IMG/VR virus record: IMGVR_UViG_3300035670_000179
Coordinates: 2,501 to 66,500 of that record
Reading direction: 5' to 3' (one strand)
DNA: 64,000 bases
From: a virus
In this document: piece after piece, positions 18,569-28,105 of the stretch
How the letters are laid out: each line of letters begins with the position of its first letter
How positions within the stretch are numbered: position 1 is the stretch's first letter
Made by a program: the position numbers and the translations under genes
The notes under the pieces: model-generated
Database searches by the model: none
What the model was told of the DNA's origin: nothing
The model's input: the letters and a program-made list of their open reading frames with translations, nothing else

Positions 18569-19061
18569 CTAGATATCCAAAAAAATGAGCGTGTCCTCCA
18601 AGTAAATAATAATAATAAGTGCCTGCAATATTAATATTAAGAAAAGGCTCTATGTAATCATTTACATTTAATTCCAATAATGTAGAAAGATTTCTATCAT
18701 TTTGACTTGCATTTATTCTTCTAGAAAATCCAAATGCATTTGATGTTGTGCCATTTTTACCAAGAGTTAAAGTTGCATAATTTGGGTCAGCTACATTAAA
18801 AGTAAGATAGCTGAGATAAAAATAATATGTTCCTGAAACTGGAGCAGTAAAACGAAAATTAATGGCATCATAATTATTTCCAGAATCAAAATATTTCGTA
18901 TTAAATGGTAATTTTGTAGATGTAGTTATAGCAGTTTCAGTTACTGTTCCTGTTGCATGAAATGATGGTCTATTTGGTGTTAAAATTCTTCCACTAGAAT
19001 CTATGGTAAGAGCAGCAGTTCCAGTTGAATGTTGTATTTGATCGACTCTTAAGATACTCAT
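18561..19061 (-). CDS. C1q-like domain fibre head protein
   Basis: LPFN..YFDSGNNYD..NFRFTAPVSGTYYF...LNVNDYIE...FFGYLVG. Confidence 0.85.
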   Translation of the reverse strand: MSILRVDQIQHSTGTAALTIDSSGRILTPNRPSFHATGTVTETAITTSTKLPFNTKYFDSGNNYDAINFRFTAPVSGTYYFYLSYLTFNVADPNYATLTLGKNGTTSNAFGFSRRINASQNDRNLSTLLELNVNDYIEPFLNINIAGTYYYYLLGGHAHFFGYLVG

Positions 19062-19372
19062 AATTTTTCTGGTTTGGGATATTTATTTTTTACTTTATCT
19101 ATTTCCGTTTTCCAACCTTCAATACCTTGATGGTATATCATATCTAGTTGGTCTTCGATGGGTGGGTACTCATCTTTACGAAGTCTTTGATACTCAAGGT
19201 TATCATATTCTTTTTGAAGTCTTTTTACTTCTTCCTCGACTTCTTCTTTTGAAGGAATATCTTTACCTTCAGGAATATTAACGAAGTTTATACTCTCATA
19301 AGAATCATTAGAAATTACAAATTCCAAATCGGGAACTAATGAATGTAAAGCATCTGAAACTGTTTTTTTCAT
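19058..19372 (-). CDS. tail fibre assembly/chaperone-like protein (XkdW-like)
   Basis: PSKEEV...YQRLRKDEYPPIEDQLDMIYH..W...I..VK.KYPKP. Confidence 0.7.
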   Translation of the reverse strand: MKKTVSDALHSLVPDLEFVISNDSYESINFVNIPEGKDIPSKEEVEEEVKRLQKEYDNLEYQRLRKDEYPPIEDQLDMIYHQGIEGWKTEIDKVKNKYPKPEKL

Positions 19373-19890
19373 GCTAAAATCTCCATAGCTACAATACTTG
19401 AAAGAGACCTCATATCTAAACTATTTCTATCATTTATTCTGATTGTATAGATTACACCATTCCAACTAGAACAAGCAGTTGCTGCATATGTTGTAGTGGC
19501 AGTAGTATTTGGAGAATCTAGATATTGGTAGGTAGTTGCCATACACCAACCAGAATCTGTTCCTGCAGCAGCACCTTCAAAATTAGTCGAAATTGCATTA
19601 GCACTATTTGTATTATTATTTCCACCAATATTTACGCCATTTCTAGCAAATCCAAAACTAGATACATACCAACCATTATGAACTATATGTGCTAAAAGTA
19701 ATATTTTACTACTTGCCCTTGTCGGTGTAATTGCAACAGAGCAGTTTGGAATTACTGAATTATCTTGTGTTGCTATCGTTGCAGTATTAGAACCCATATC
19801 AGAATAAACAACCTGAATAATGCTTCCGACATTATTCAACAAAGGTTGTCCAGTTAAATTTTTAATTGAACCCACATTTAATGTACTCAT
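19369..19890 (-). CDS. small fibre head protein
   Basis: GSIIQVV...ITPT.ASSKILL...YLDSPNTT..TTY...SSIVAMEI. Confidence 0.75.
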   Translation of the reverse strand: MSTLNVGSIKNLTGQPLLNNVGSIIQVVYSDMGSNTATIATQDNSVIPNCSVAITPTRASSKILLLAHIVHNGWYVSSFGFARNGVNIGGNNNTNSANAISTNFEGAAAGTDSGWCMATTYQYLDSPNTTATTTYAATACSSWNGVIYTIRINDRNSLDMRSLSSIVAMEILA

Positions 19891-19896
19891 AATTCT

Positions 19897-21000
19897 CTAA
19901 ACAATCGTCCAAGTTGCACCAGACTGTACTGTGACAGTTATGCCTGTATTTATTGTAATTGGTCCAACACTCATTTCATTATATGTGGGGGAGACCGTAT
20001 AATTCGTAGATATTGTTGGAACATTCCGAACAAATGGAGAACCAGTTAAAGTAACTTGATTAACAGAAGTCAAAGAAGATACCGTAACATTATCTACTGA
20101 GGTTAATACTACACTTCCAGTTCTTCCATAAAACGCAGTTACTCCACCTGAACCTCCACCTCCAGTACCATTTGCACCAGCAAATCCAATATGTCTGACT
20201 TGAATTACTGAACCATTTCCAGGAGGACTTACAAATCCGATTACATTTCCAGATACAGAATAAGAACGAATTTCTGAAGAGTCTGAGGGATACTGAACTA
20301 CACCATCAATTGTTACTAAAACATTTTCATTTAGATTGACTGTTTTTGATAGTGTAAATGCAGATGTACCACCATCACCAGTAAATGTGTCAATAGTATT
20401 ATCAGAAATGTCAAATGTTGGGAAGTTATTTGCATATACAACACCCCAAAATATATCAGAAGATACTGGTGCTTCTGAAAGAACAATCGTTGCATCGGAA
20501 TCAAGACCAAATCCAGATGTAGGTGCCGAAACATCAGAAGGTTTTTGAATTACACCATTTATTGATATGCTAAGTTGTGCTGCCCTTGTAACTAAAACTC
20601 TAGTTCCACCATCATAAGTTGCTCTAAATCTGGTATTATAACCATCAAAGGCAACGGTTAATGTATGAGATGTTCCAGAACCTAGTGATGTAATTGTGAC
20701 TGCAGTACCTGTAATGACATTTGCAGGAGAAGATGCTAATTTGATTGTATTTTGGTCTACTTTAATGATATAGTAAGTATTTCCAGAAGTTAAACCACCA
20801 ATCGTTGAACCACCGCCATGAGTGTAAGTTACTTGTTGACCACTAAGAAATCGGTGATTTGAAAGCGTAAGAGTATTATTTGCAACAGAAACTATTGATG
20901 CACTAGACCCATCAAAAATTCTTGTATGACTTGTAATGTCATCTAATATCTTAAAACTATTATTTTCACCTGATACAGGTTGGTTTCCAAGATATGGCAT
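19897..21000 (-). CDS. fibre/baseplate-associated protein with repeated beta modules
   Basis: Repeats F.GDG...F.L...V.IDGV.Q.P; C-terminal SVGPITINTGITVTVQSGATWTIV. Confidence 0.75.
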   Translation of the reverse strand: MPYLGNQPVSGENNSFKILDDITSHTRIFDGSSASIVSVANNTLTLSNHRFLSGQQVTYTHGGGSTIGGLTSGNTYYIIKVDQNTIKLASSPANVITGTAVTITSLGSGTSHTLTVAFDGYNTRFRATYDGGTRVLVTRAAQLSISINGVIQKPSDVSAPTSGFGLDSDATIVLSEAPVSSDIFWGVVYANNFPTFDISDNTIDTFTGDGGTSAFTLSKTVNLNENVLVTIDGVVQYPSDSSEIRSYSVSGNVIGFVSPPGNGSVIQVRHIGFAGANGTGGGGSGGVTAFYGRTGSVVLTSVDNVTVSSLTSVNQVTLTGSPFVRNVPTISTNYTVSPTYNEMSVGPITINTGITVTVQSGATWTIV

Positions 21001-21016
21001 TTTGTTGTTTTTTGAT

Positions 21017-21024
21017 TATTTATA
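21017..21024 (-). promoter_or_regulatory. T4-type late promoter TATAAATA
   Basis: Perfect consensus; (A/C)TAAATA also at 10976, 16820, 22097, 25300, 26830, 63240 (-) and 56348, 57156 (+). Confidence 0.8.
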
Positions 21025-21031
21025 GATGTGT

Positions 21032-22075
21032 TTATAATTCTGCAGAAGCATCCCAAGTCCAACCAACAGCCCTATATCTTCCTGCTGCTGTTGTTGTTAC
21101 TCTTGCAATAATTCCAGTAGTATTATTTCCAGGAAAACCGACAGCATCTAAATTAGTTATTTCCAAGTTGGAGCAATTAGTATATACAATTGAAGTTACG
21201 TCTAATGATAATGTTGGACTGGTTCTCATAGGAACTGGAAATGTATAATGACCCATAGCCATTAAACCTAATGCTCCACTCGTATCATAAAATTGATATG
21301 AAATCCAACTTGCAACTCCAGCAGGTTTGTAATAATATCTATGACATAATGCTAATTCAGTTCCATAAGGTCTTCTTTCAAAAGGTGTTGCTACTGGTCC
21401 TATTTCTAATTGAACTCCAGTTAGGAAGAAATCATTATTTACATTATCCATTACGTTGACTTGGTTTGAGGTTGCTAAAAAATTACCAACTTGCCAAGAA
21501 CCTGGAGTTGTTTGAAATGTTGTTCCTGAAGTAAGAGTAAAAATAACATCCAGTCCACGACCATTAGTCCAATCCCAAGTGCCTCCAGTAATAAGACCAC
21601 CTACTACCGTAACAGTCTTAAATTCCCAAGTGTTTGCGGTGGATACTGTATACTCTAAGACATAACTTCTATCAATACCAGAATTTCTAAAAGAAACACA
21701 ATGAACTCCAGTTTTAGATGATTTAACCCAAAAAGATAACGTAAATGTTTGTCCTATAAGGTCTCTAACATTATAACCTTCTATACTCTGCTGTATGAGG
21801 GCATAATCTCCAGCAGCAATAGAAGTATCAACTGTAGTTACATCTACTCTTAAAGAATTTTGAAAAGTATTATTGGGAACATCGGTACTTTGAGTTATGG
21901 TCACAACCATAACACCAGTTTCAGACCATCTAAATCTATCAAGAGTATAGTCATTAGCAGCAGCGGGAAAAGAAGTTCCCCTCTGAGAAATTTCCATTGC
22001 CGCATTAATTATTTTATTTCTGCTGCTAAAGGGTCCTACATCCAGTCCAGACGCTTCAATTTTAGTAAAAGACAT
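21032..22075 (-). CDS. fibre head protein with carbohydrate-binding-like domain (paralog A)
   Basis: RNKIIN..MEISQRGTSF...DRF...TLSFWVKS...TGVQLE.G..ATPFERR.YG.EL.LC.RYY. Confidence 0.82.
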   Translation of the reverse strand: MSFTKIEASGLDVGPFSSRNKIINAAMEISQRGTSFPAAANDYTLDRFRWSETGVMVVTITQSTDVPNNTFQNSLRVDVTTVDTSIAAGDYALIQQSIEGYNVRDLIGQTFTLSFWVKSSKTGVHCVSFRNSGIDRSYVLEYTVSTANTWEFKTVTVVGGLITGGTWDWTNGRGLDVIFTLTSGTTFQTTPGSWQVGNFLATSNQVNVMDNVNNDFFLTGVQLEIGPVATPFERRPYGTELALCHRYYYKPAGVASWISYQFYDTSGALGLMAMGHYTFPVPMRTSPTLSLDVTSIVYTNCSNLEITNLDAVGFPGNNTTGIIARVTTTAAGRYRAVGWTWDASAEL

Positions 22076-22099
22076 TAGACTTTTATATCTTTTGAGTAT

Positions 22100-22945
22100 T
22101 TATAGACCAAACCTACCTCTTGTAGCATTATAATTTCTTGCTATTTCCGTAGCACTTAGTTCCCTTAGATACAAAAGAACCATAGATATTCTCCCATAAA
22201 AGCTTTCAGTAAAAGTGTTAACATCGTCTACTGCACCAACTGCCAGTACTCCTGTAGATGTATAACCACCAAATGCAGTAGTATTAGAAGCTCTTAAAGT
22301 ATCATTTATGTAAATTTTTAATCCACTTGCAGAACCAGTCATAGTTACAAATTGCCAATTGCCAGAAGTGATTAATCCCGTTGGAGTTATTAATGTATTC
22401 GTACCACCTATATCATTAATACTTACACTTCCCGATCCATTAATTCTATACCTATATCCTGCATTTCCACCTTTTGATAAAATATTCATAGGATTTCCGC
22501 TTATATTTGTTAATGCTGTAGGTTTTACCCAAGCAGAAACTGTAATAGATGGATTATTTTGTCTGGCATTTTGATGTGTAAAGGATATTAAATCATTAGA
22601 CCCATCAAAAACAATACAACCACCTGCTTCACTATTGAATGTAGGACCATTTGTCAAAGTTCCTGAAGTTGAATATGGACTCAAATCAAACCAATTCAAC
22701 CCACTTCCAGGATATGAATTTGTCTTAGAAGCATCTAGATGTAAATTGAGACCATCAACAACAATAGGAATCATTCCATAGACTAAATCTAACCATTCTG
22801 TGCCATCATACCACTCGGTTAAATTTAACTCCGTATTATATCTTATCATTCCTGCTGATGGATTTACTGGTCTCTGTGCTACAGTTCCTTTTGGAAGTTC
22901 CAAGAATCCAGTATCGTTGATAATCGTATTGTCAAAATTTGCCAT
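22100..22945 (-). CDS. adhesin with LamG/ConA-like lectin head
   Basis: LPKGT.AQRP..GMIRYNT anchor; LHLDA...SYPGSG..W.DLS...TVSAWVKP...Y.RELSATEI..NY. Confidence 0.85.
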   Translation of the reverse strand: MANFDNTIINDTGFLELPKGTVAQRPVNPSAGMIRYNTELNLTEWYDGTEWLDLVYGMIPIVVDGLNLHLDASKTNSYPGSGLNWFDLSPYSTSGTLTNGPTFNSEAGGCIVFDGSNDLISFTHQNARQNNPSITVSAWVKPTALTNISGNPMNILSKGGNAGYRYRINGSGSVSINDIGGTNTLITPTGLITSGNWQFVTMTGSASGLKIYINDTLRASNTTAFGGYTSTGVLAVGAVDDVNTFTESFYGRISMVLLYLRELSATEIARNYNATRGRFGL

Positions 22946-22948
22946 TTT

Positions 22949-23683
22949 TCAGTACCTTATTCTAAAAAATTCTCCAGGTATAACAGATATAACTGAATCA
23001 CTTGGTTTTCTCCAACCAACTTGAATTGCATCTCCACCAGCACCTTCTTCCATTCTTGCTCTAAATGTGTAAAAATTTCCTGCAACTAAATCAATAGTTC
23101 CAGAAAATTGGGTAATACCAGCAACAGGATTAGCAGTTGTCCCACCAGTCCAAGAAGTTGTAGTTCCATGACCACCATAAAAATTAGCAACATTTGTTCC
23201 ATTTACAAAAACATCTATAGCATCATCTCCAACACATCCAAACGTATAAGTTCCAGTTTCTGGAGCATAGATAAATCCTTGAGCTTGCCAAGAATATCCG
23301 TCCGCAGGAGCATAAACAGGTTTAGGTCCTACAACTCCATCAGCACCTGTTTGTCCTGCGTCTCCCCAATTAATCGGTCCATAATGAATTCCAAAATTTC
23401 CAAGATATACTGTTGCAGAATTATTGAAAAATCCATTCATAGCAGTTTCATTAGCAGGATGACCATTTGCAGTAAAATAATCAGTAGTTACATATAACGT
23501 ATAATATAATCCTATTTCCTCCCTCCCTGCTTTCCATGCGGTCCCATCATAAGTTTCTACTGTAGGTATGTCTATGTTTGCTCTTGTCATTCCTTGTGAA
23601 GGAGTAGGACGTTGTGCTGTAGTTCCAGAAGGAAGTTGTATAAATCCAGTATCATTAACTGTAATGCTAGTTAATATTGCCAT
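22949..23683 (-). CDS. adhesin with PA14-like head
   Basis: Same anchor; GFIYAPETGTYTF...DDA.DVFVNG...MEEGAGGD..QVGWRKP. Confidence 0.82.
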   Translation of the reverse strand: MAILTSITVNDTGFIQLPSGTTAQRPTPSQGMTRANIDIPTVETYDGTAWKAGREEIGLYYTLYVTTDYFTANGHPANETAMNGFFNNSATVYLGNFGIHYGPINWGDAGQTGADGVVGPKPVYAPADGYSWQAQGFIYAPETGTYTFGCVGDDAIDVFVNGTNVANFYGGHGTTTSWTGGTTANPVAGITQFSGTIDLVAGNFYTFRARMEEGAGGDAIQVGWRKPSDSVISVIPGEFFRIRY

Positions 23684-24585
23684 TATGGTAAAGAAAATCT
23701 TTTTCTGAGTGCTTGATAATTTCTTCTCACTTGGTCCTGATATAAGAATAAATTTGGTTGTGCGTTTTTATAAAAGTAAACGGCAGCAATTCTTCCAGAG
23801 AAATATTGATTTGTTCCACCAGCATCCCATCTTTTTCCAATATAAACTTCTGCGGCAGTTCCGGCAACCCAACGTCCAGCACTACTTGCTATAGTTGTTG
23901 TTTCAGTTCTTACTCCATTCACATACATATAAACTGAAACTCCATTATGAACTCCCACAATTTGGTTCCAAGTATTAAGAACTAATGGAATTTTTGAGAA
24001 TACTAAGTTTCCAGTCCAAGTTGTTCCATCATAATACCCCCAGGTTGGAATTAATCCACCAACTGTAATTCCCTGACCATTAGTTAAAAGCATCGCAAAA
24101 TTAACTTGGTTTCCTGCCCCAGTAAATTGTTCAGTAATAATATATCCTATTTGACTAGAACTGGTTGGATAAACCCATGCTTCTACTGTTAATCTGCTTC
24201 TAGCTACAGTATTGAAAAGAGTATTTGCCGATAAAACCGCATATTGATTAGTTCCATTAAATTCAAAGTAACCTCCATTATCAGATGAATATGTTGGGGA
24301 ATTTACAAGCGTAGCATCACCACCAGTACCATACAAAGTGCTCCAAGTTGTTCCAGTTCCTGGATATGATGCTGGTTCTCCAGCATCTAAACACAAACCA
24401 ATTCCACTAGTTTCGATGTGAGGAGAATAAATCCAATTACTTCCATTCCAAGTTTCTATTGTATTAAATGATGTATTGTGACGTACCATCCCATATGCCG
24501 GAGATGCTGGTCTTTCTGCCGTTGTTCCTGAAGGTAATTTTAAAGCATCTGTTCCAGTTATATTAGTATCTTCAAGAATTGCCAT
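23683..24585 (-). CDS. adhesin with LamG/ConA-like lectin head
   Basis: Same anchor; LCLDAG.PASYPGTG...TVEAWVYP...WNQIVGV...YVNG. Confidence 0.85.
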   Translation of the reverse strand: MAILEDTNITGTDALKLPSGTTAERPASPAYGMVRHNTSFNTIETWNGSNWIYSPHIETSGIGLCLDAGEPASYPGTGTTWSTLYGTGGDATLVNSPTYSSDNGGYFEFNGTNQYAVLSANTLFNTVARSRLTVEAWVYPTSSSQIGYIITEQFTGAGNQVNFAMLLTNGQGITVGGLIPTWGYYDGTTWTGNLVFSKIPLVLNTWNQIVGVHNGVSVYMYVNGVRTETTTIASSAGRWVAGTAAEVYIGKRWDAGGTNQYFSGRIAAVYFYKNAQPNLFLYQDQVRRNYQALRKRFSLP

Positions 24586-25285
24586 TTTTCAAGTCCTCAA
24601 TTTCTTGCTTAAGTTCTTTAATTGCTTCAACTAGATAAGCAACAATTCTTGTGTAGTTTACTCCACAAACTTCTCCATTCTCATCTTTCGACACAACATT
24701 TGGAAGTATTTCATTTATATATTCGGCAACAAATCCCGCTTCATTCTGATGAGTATCATCTTTTCTATCATAAGTAACTCCAGAAATTTGACAAACTAAA
24801 TCTAGAGCATTTTCAATTGGATTGATATTTTTCTTAAATCTTAAACTAGAAGTTTCTGTTATTGTTCCATTAACATGAAGTTCTGAAACTGGATTTGTTG
24901 TTTCAATACCAACTCTTCTATTTGAAGTATCGAGATATAATAATCCAGATTCATAATTAAACGGGTCTGAAAGTTTAACACCAGTTATAGTTCTATCTCC
25001 AGGAACTCCTACGGTTACTTCAGAACTTAAAACATAACCAAAAAAAGTATCAGTTGCTAAAGGTGGAGATGAAAAAGTTATTTCACTACTTATAACTGTA
25101 TATGAAATACTTGGTTCTTGTATAACACCAGATAGAGAAACAATTAATCCATATGCATTTCCTGGATTAAATGGTCTTCCACCTACAGATAAATTAAAGG
25201 TCGCAGTAGTCCCATTAAACTGAGATGAAATATCATCCAATTTAACATTACTACCGTAGATTAATTGACGACCTATGAGTGGCAT
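24572..25285 (-). CDS. fibre protein with C-terminal intramolecular chaperone (peptidase S74-like)
   Basis: SSLRFKKNI.PIENAL...GVTY...GFVAE...V.Y..IVAYLVEAIKEL coiled coil. Confidence 0.85.
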   Translation of the reverse strand: MPLIGRQLIYGSNVKLDDISSQFNGTTATFNLSVGGRPFNPGNAYGLIVSLSGVIQEPSISYTVISSEITFSSPPLATDTFFGYVLSSEVTVGVPGDRTITGVKLSDPFNYESGLLYLDTSNRRVGIETTNPVSELHVNGTITETSSLRFKKNINPIENALDLVCQISGVTYDRKDDTHQNEAGFVAEYINEILPNVVSKDENGEVCGVNYTRIVAYLVEAIKELKQEIEDLKNGNS

Positions 25286-25310
25286 ATCAGTTTTTTAGGT
25301 ATTTATTGTG

Positions 25311-26396
25311 TTAAAGTTCTGCTGAAGCAAAAACTCTTTGTCCATATAACATTAAACCATCAGATGCAGCATCATTAGTTGTTGGAGTAATTTGACTCCA
25401 AATATAATTGATTTGAGAAGGTTCAGTTGGTATTGGTCTTCCTTCCCAAGAAATTCCACTTATAGTGTCCCATCTTACAGATGGTTTATGAATAATATTA
25501 GAAGGACTTACTGTTAATGTAGTAATATTTGGATTTATTCTCATGGGAGCTGCTAGTGGATATAATCCTTGATAATTATTTACAGAACTTGTGCTTCTCA
25601 AATAAATGGCACCATTATTTGCACCATTACTTCCTATTTCTTGATAATATCTTTGACACAAAAGTAATTCGTGTCCATAAGGTCTTCTTTCAAAGGGAGT
25701 TGGTTCTTGTCCTATTTCTAATTGAACTCCAGTTAAGAAGAAATCATTATTTACATTATCCATTACGTTCACTTGGTTTGATGTACACTGAAAGTCTCCA
25801 ACTTGCCAAGAACCTGCTGTTGTTTGAAATGTTGTTCCACCTTTAAGACTGAATACTACATTCAAACCAGCTCCATTGGTCCAATCCCAAGTGCCTCCAG
25901 TAATAAGACCACCTACTACCGTAACAGTCTTAAATTCCCAAGTGTTTGCGGTGGATACTGTATATTGTAAAACGTAACTTCTATTAAGACCACTATTAAT
26001 AAAAGAAACACAATGAACTCCAGTCTTAGAAGATTTAACCCAAAAAGATAACGTAAATGTTTGTCCTATAAGGTCTCTAACATTATAACCTTCTATTCTT
26101 TGATTTATTATTGCAAAATCTCCAGCAGCAGTTGAAGTATCTGCAGTGGTTACATCTACTCTTAAAGAATTTTGAAAAGTATTATTAGGAACATCGGTAC
26201 TTTGACTTATAGTAACTGCCATAGTACCACTTGCAAACCATGCAAACCTATCAAGAGTATATGTACCATTTACAGGAGAAACAAAAGAAGTTCCTCTCTG
26301 AGAAATTTCCATTGCTGGATTAATTATTTTATTTCTGCTGCTAAATGGTCCACTATCAAAAGCAAGACTACTATTAGTAACTTTAGTACGTGTCAT
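25311..26396 (-). CDS. fibre head protein with carbohydrate-binding-like domain (paralog B)
   Basis: Near-identical core to 21032-22075 with a different C-terminal ~110 aa. Confidence 0.82.
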   Translation of the reverse strand: MTRTKVTNSSLAFDSGPFSSRNKIINPAMEISQRGTSFVSPVNGTYTLDRFAWFASGTMAVTISQSTDVPNNTFQNSLRVDVTTADTSTAAGDFAIINQRIEGYNVRDLIGQTFTLSFWVKSSKTGVHCVSFINSGLNRSYVLQYTVSTANTWEFKTVTVVGGLITGGTWDWTNGAGLNVVFSLKGGTTFQTTAGSWQVGDFQCTSNQVNVMDNVNNDFFLTGVQLEIGQEPTPFERRPYGHELLLCQRYYQEIGSNGANNGAIYLRSTSSVNNYQGLYPLAAPMRINPNITTLTVSPSNIIHKPSVRWDTISGISWEGRPIPTEPSQINYIWSQITPTTNDAASDGLMLYGQRVFASAEL

Positions 26397-26402
26397 AAGA
26401 CT

Positions 26403-26810
26403 TTATGGTTTTATTGGCCAAGATGGAGTTACTGCAATCACATCATCTACACTAGTACATAAATTAATCTCTGAAACTGCTCTATCAGACTCAGTTCTTA
26501 CATCTGCACGATATGTAGACCATTCTGTTGGAATGGCAGTTCCACCTTCTGCTGCACGAACAACCATCCAATCACTAGTAGTTAACAACTGATATGCTTC
26601 TTGCTTTACTTCCGATATTCTTGTAGTCTTTGCAGATTCTAAAGTCTCATAACCAGGAGGAACATAAGGATTTGGAGTATTGCCAGCATCTAACCATTCC
26701 TGATATTGTCTCCATTCTGGAGTTCCATTATTTTCTGGAGGTAGGAACATCATTATACCATTTTCAAGTTCCAATTTAATTCCATTATTTTGTGTTAGTG
26801 TATATGTCAT
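26403..26810 (-). CDS. tail fibre assembly chaperone-like protein
   Basis: YQEWLDAGNTP; LL..SDW.V.R..E....IP.EW..YR..VR; WP.KP. Confidence 0.72.
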   Translation of the reverse strand: MTYTLTQNNGIKLELENGIMMFLPPENNGTPEWRQYQEWLDAGNTPNPYVPPGYETLESAKTTRISEVKQEAYQLLTTSDWMVVRAAEGGTAIPTEWSTYRADVRTESDRAVSEINLCTSVDDVIAVTPSWPIKP

Positions 26811-26832
26811 AATCTTTATGTTTTTTGAATAT

Positions 26833-27414
26833 TTATTGTAATCCTAAAAGTTCTTTAAGTTCTTCTACTGTAAGACCAGCAGCCTCAAGTTTTTGTTGAG
26901 GTGTTAATGGTTCTGGTTTTGGCATTTCGATTAGTTCCCAACCATCATTCCAAATAACCCCATAACCTTCTGGTGCTTGAGGAGGTTTTTCTCTAGTTGC
27001 ATCTTGAGGTTCATTAAATGGGTCTTCATTTATAATTTCTAAACCAGTTAAAATGTTATAATAAATTCCTGCTTTACTTTCAATAATACTCCAATCATCA
27101 TTTTGCCATATTAATGCAAAACCCTCTTCAACTTCTGGTGGGAAGGTTTTAGTTCCATTTTCTGGTTTTTCAAAAGGATTGTTCCATTCAAATTGTTCTT
27201 GGGTATTTGTATCGAAATAAGTTCCAGAATGATTGGTAATAATTTCCCATCCATTTTCAGTAAACACTTGTATTTCATAGTCCTCACAATTAGCAGGTTC
27301 TATATCAGTTGCATGGGCAGGAATTAAGAAAACTCCAGGTTCTAAGGGAGATTCGTCAGCATCAGTACAAGAAATAAAATATTTGTAATATGGGTGGTAA
27401 TTATAAATTTTCAT
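26833..27414 (-). CDS. tail fibre assembly protein (Tfa-like)
   Basis: IYNY...ADESPLEPGVFLIPAHAT.IEP; repeated PP..EG...W..DGW modules. Confidence 0.8.
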   Translation of the reverse strand: MKIYNYHPYYKYFISCTDADESPLEPGVFLIPAHATDIEPANCEDYEIQVFTENGWEIITNHSGTYFDTNTQEQFEWNNPFEKPENGTKTFPPEVEEGFALIWQNDDWSIIESKAGIYYNILTGLEIINEDPFNEPQDATREKPPQAPEGYGVIWNDGWELIEMPKPEPLTPQQKLEAAGLTVEELKELLGLQ

Positions 27415-27418
27415 AATT

Positions 27419-28105
27419 TTAAAACTTTATACAAGCTAAAAGAGCAATATTGCGAGGTCTAGCCGTGCTGCTATTAGAAACTGAAGGTGCAGACGTTGTT
27501 TCATTTGATGCACCGGATGATGTACCTCCTCCCCCTCCAGATTCAGTGAATGCTATTCTTGCAGCACCAGTACCAAAAGCATTATTTGTGTGAATAATTC
27601 TAGCGACAGGATTAACAACCCCGCTTCCATGAACTGGATTTCCAGCACCATCTGACCATCCATATGTAGACCCACTATCCCATCCAATAGGAAGTTGGTG
27701 AGCGTGGTTTGGAATGGTATGAGTATGTGCCATAGTATGAGTATGGCTTGGTAAAAATCCATCCTGAAAGGTTCCAAACGTTCTACCACTATCAATTCCA
27801 CGTCCATCATCCCAACTTCGTATAAATTCTCCTCTCAAATCGGGAAGATTGAAAGTAGTAGAACCATCACCAAAACCAAATGTAACTCCTATAGCAGAAA
27901 ATAAAGATGAATATGTGGACCTTGAAATTGCAGCACCATTTGCTTTTAAATATCCTGAAGGTGCAGTAGAGCCACAGTGGAAGACAATAGTTCCTGGTGG
28001 AGTATTTACAGTTGCACTAGTAATAATACCAGCAACTGCCGGTGCTAAAACTGGTGCAATACTGTCAATATCGAGAATATTTTCAGTTACTCTGGTAAGT
28101 GTCAT
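27419..28105 (-). CDS. short tail fibre with tail-collar domain (gp12-like)
   Basis: PPGTIV...APSGYLKANGAAISRSTY..LF.AIG.TFG.GDGSTTFNLPDLRGEFIR; HxH motifs; RPRNIALLACIKF. Confidence 0.88.
   Translation of the reverse strand: MTLTRVTENILDIDSIAPVLAPAVAGIITSATVNTPPGTIVFHCGSTAPSGYLKANGAAISRSTYSSLFSAIGVTFGFGDGSTTFNLPDLRGEFIRSWDDGRGIDSGRTFGTFQDGFLPSHTHTMAHTHTIPNHAHQLPIGWDSGSTYGWSDGAGNPVHGSGVVNPVARIIHTNNAFGTGAARIAFTESGGGGGTSSGASNETTSAPSVSNSSTARPRNIALLACIKF

Noticed and set aside
21032-26396. Possible diversity-generating retroelement TR/VR pair
   Set aside because: Differences are not confined to adenines, both copies are intact genes, and no reverse transcriptase is present in the window.
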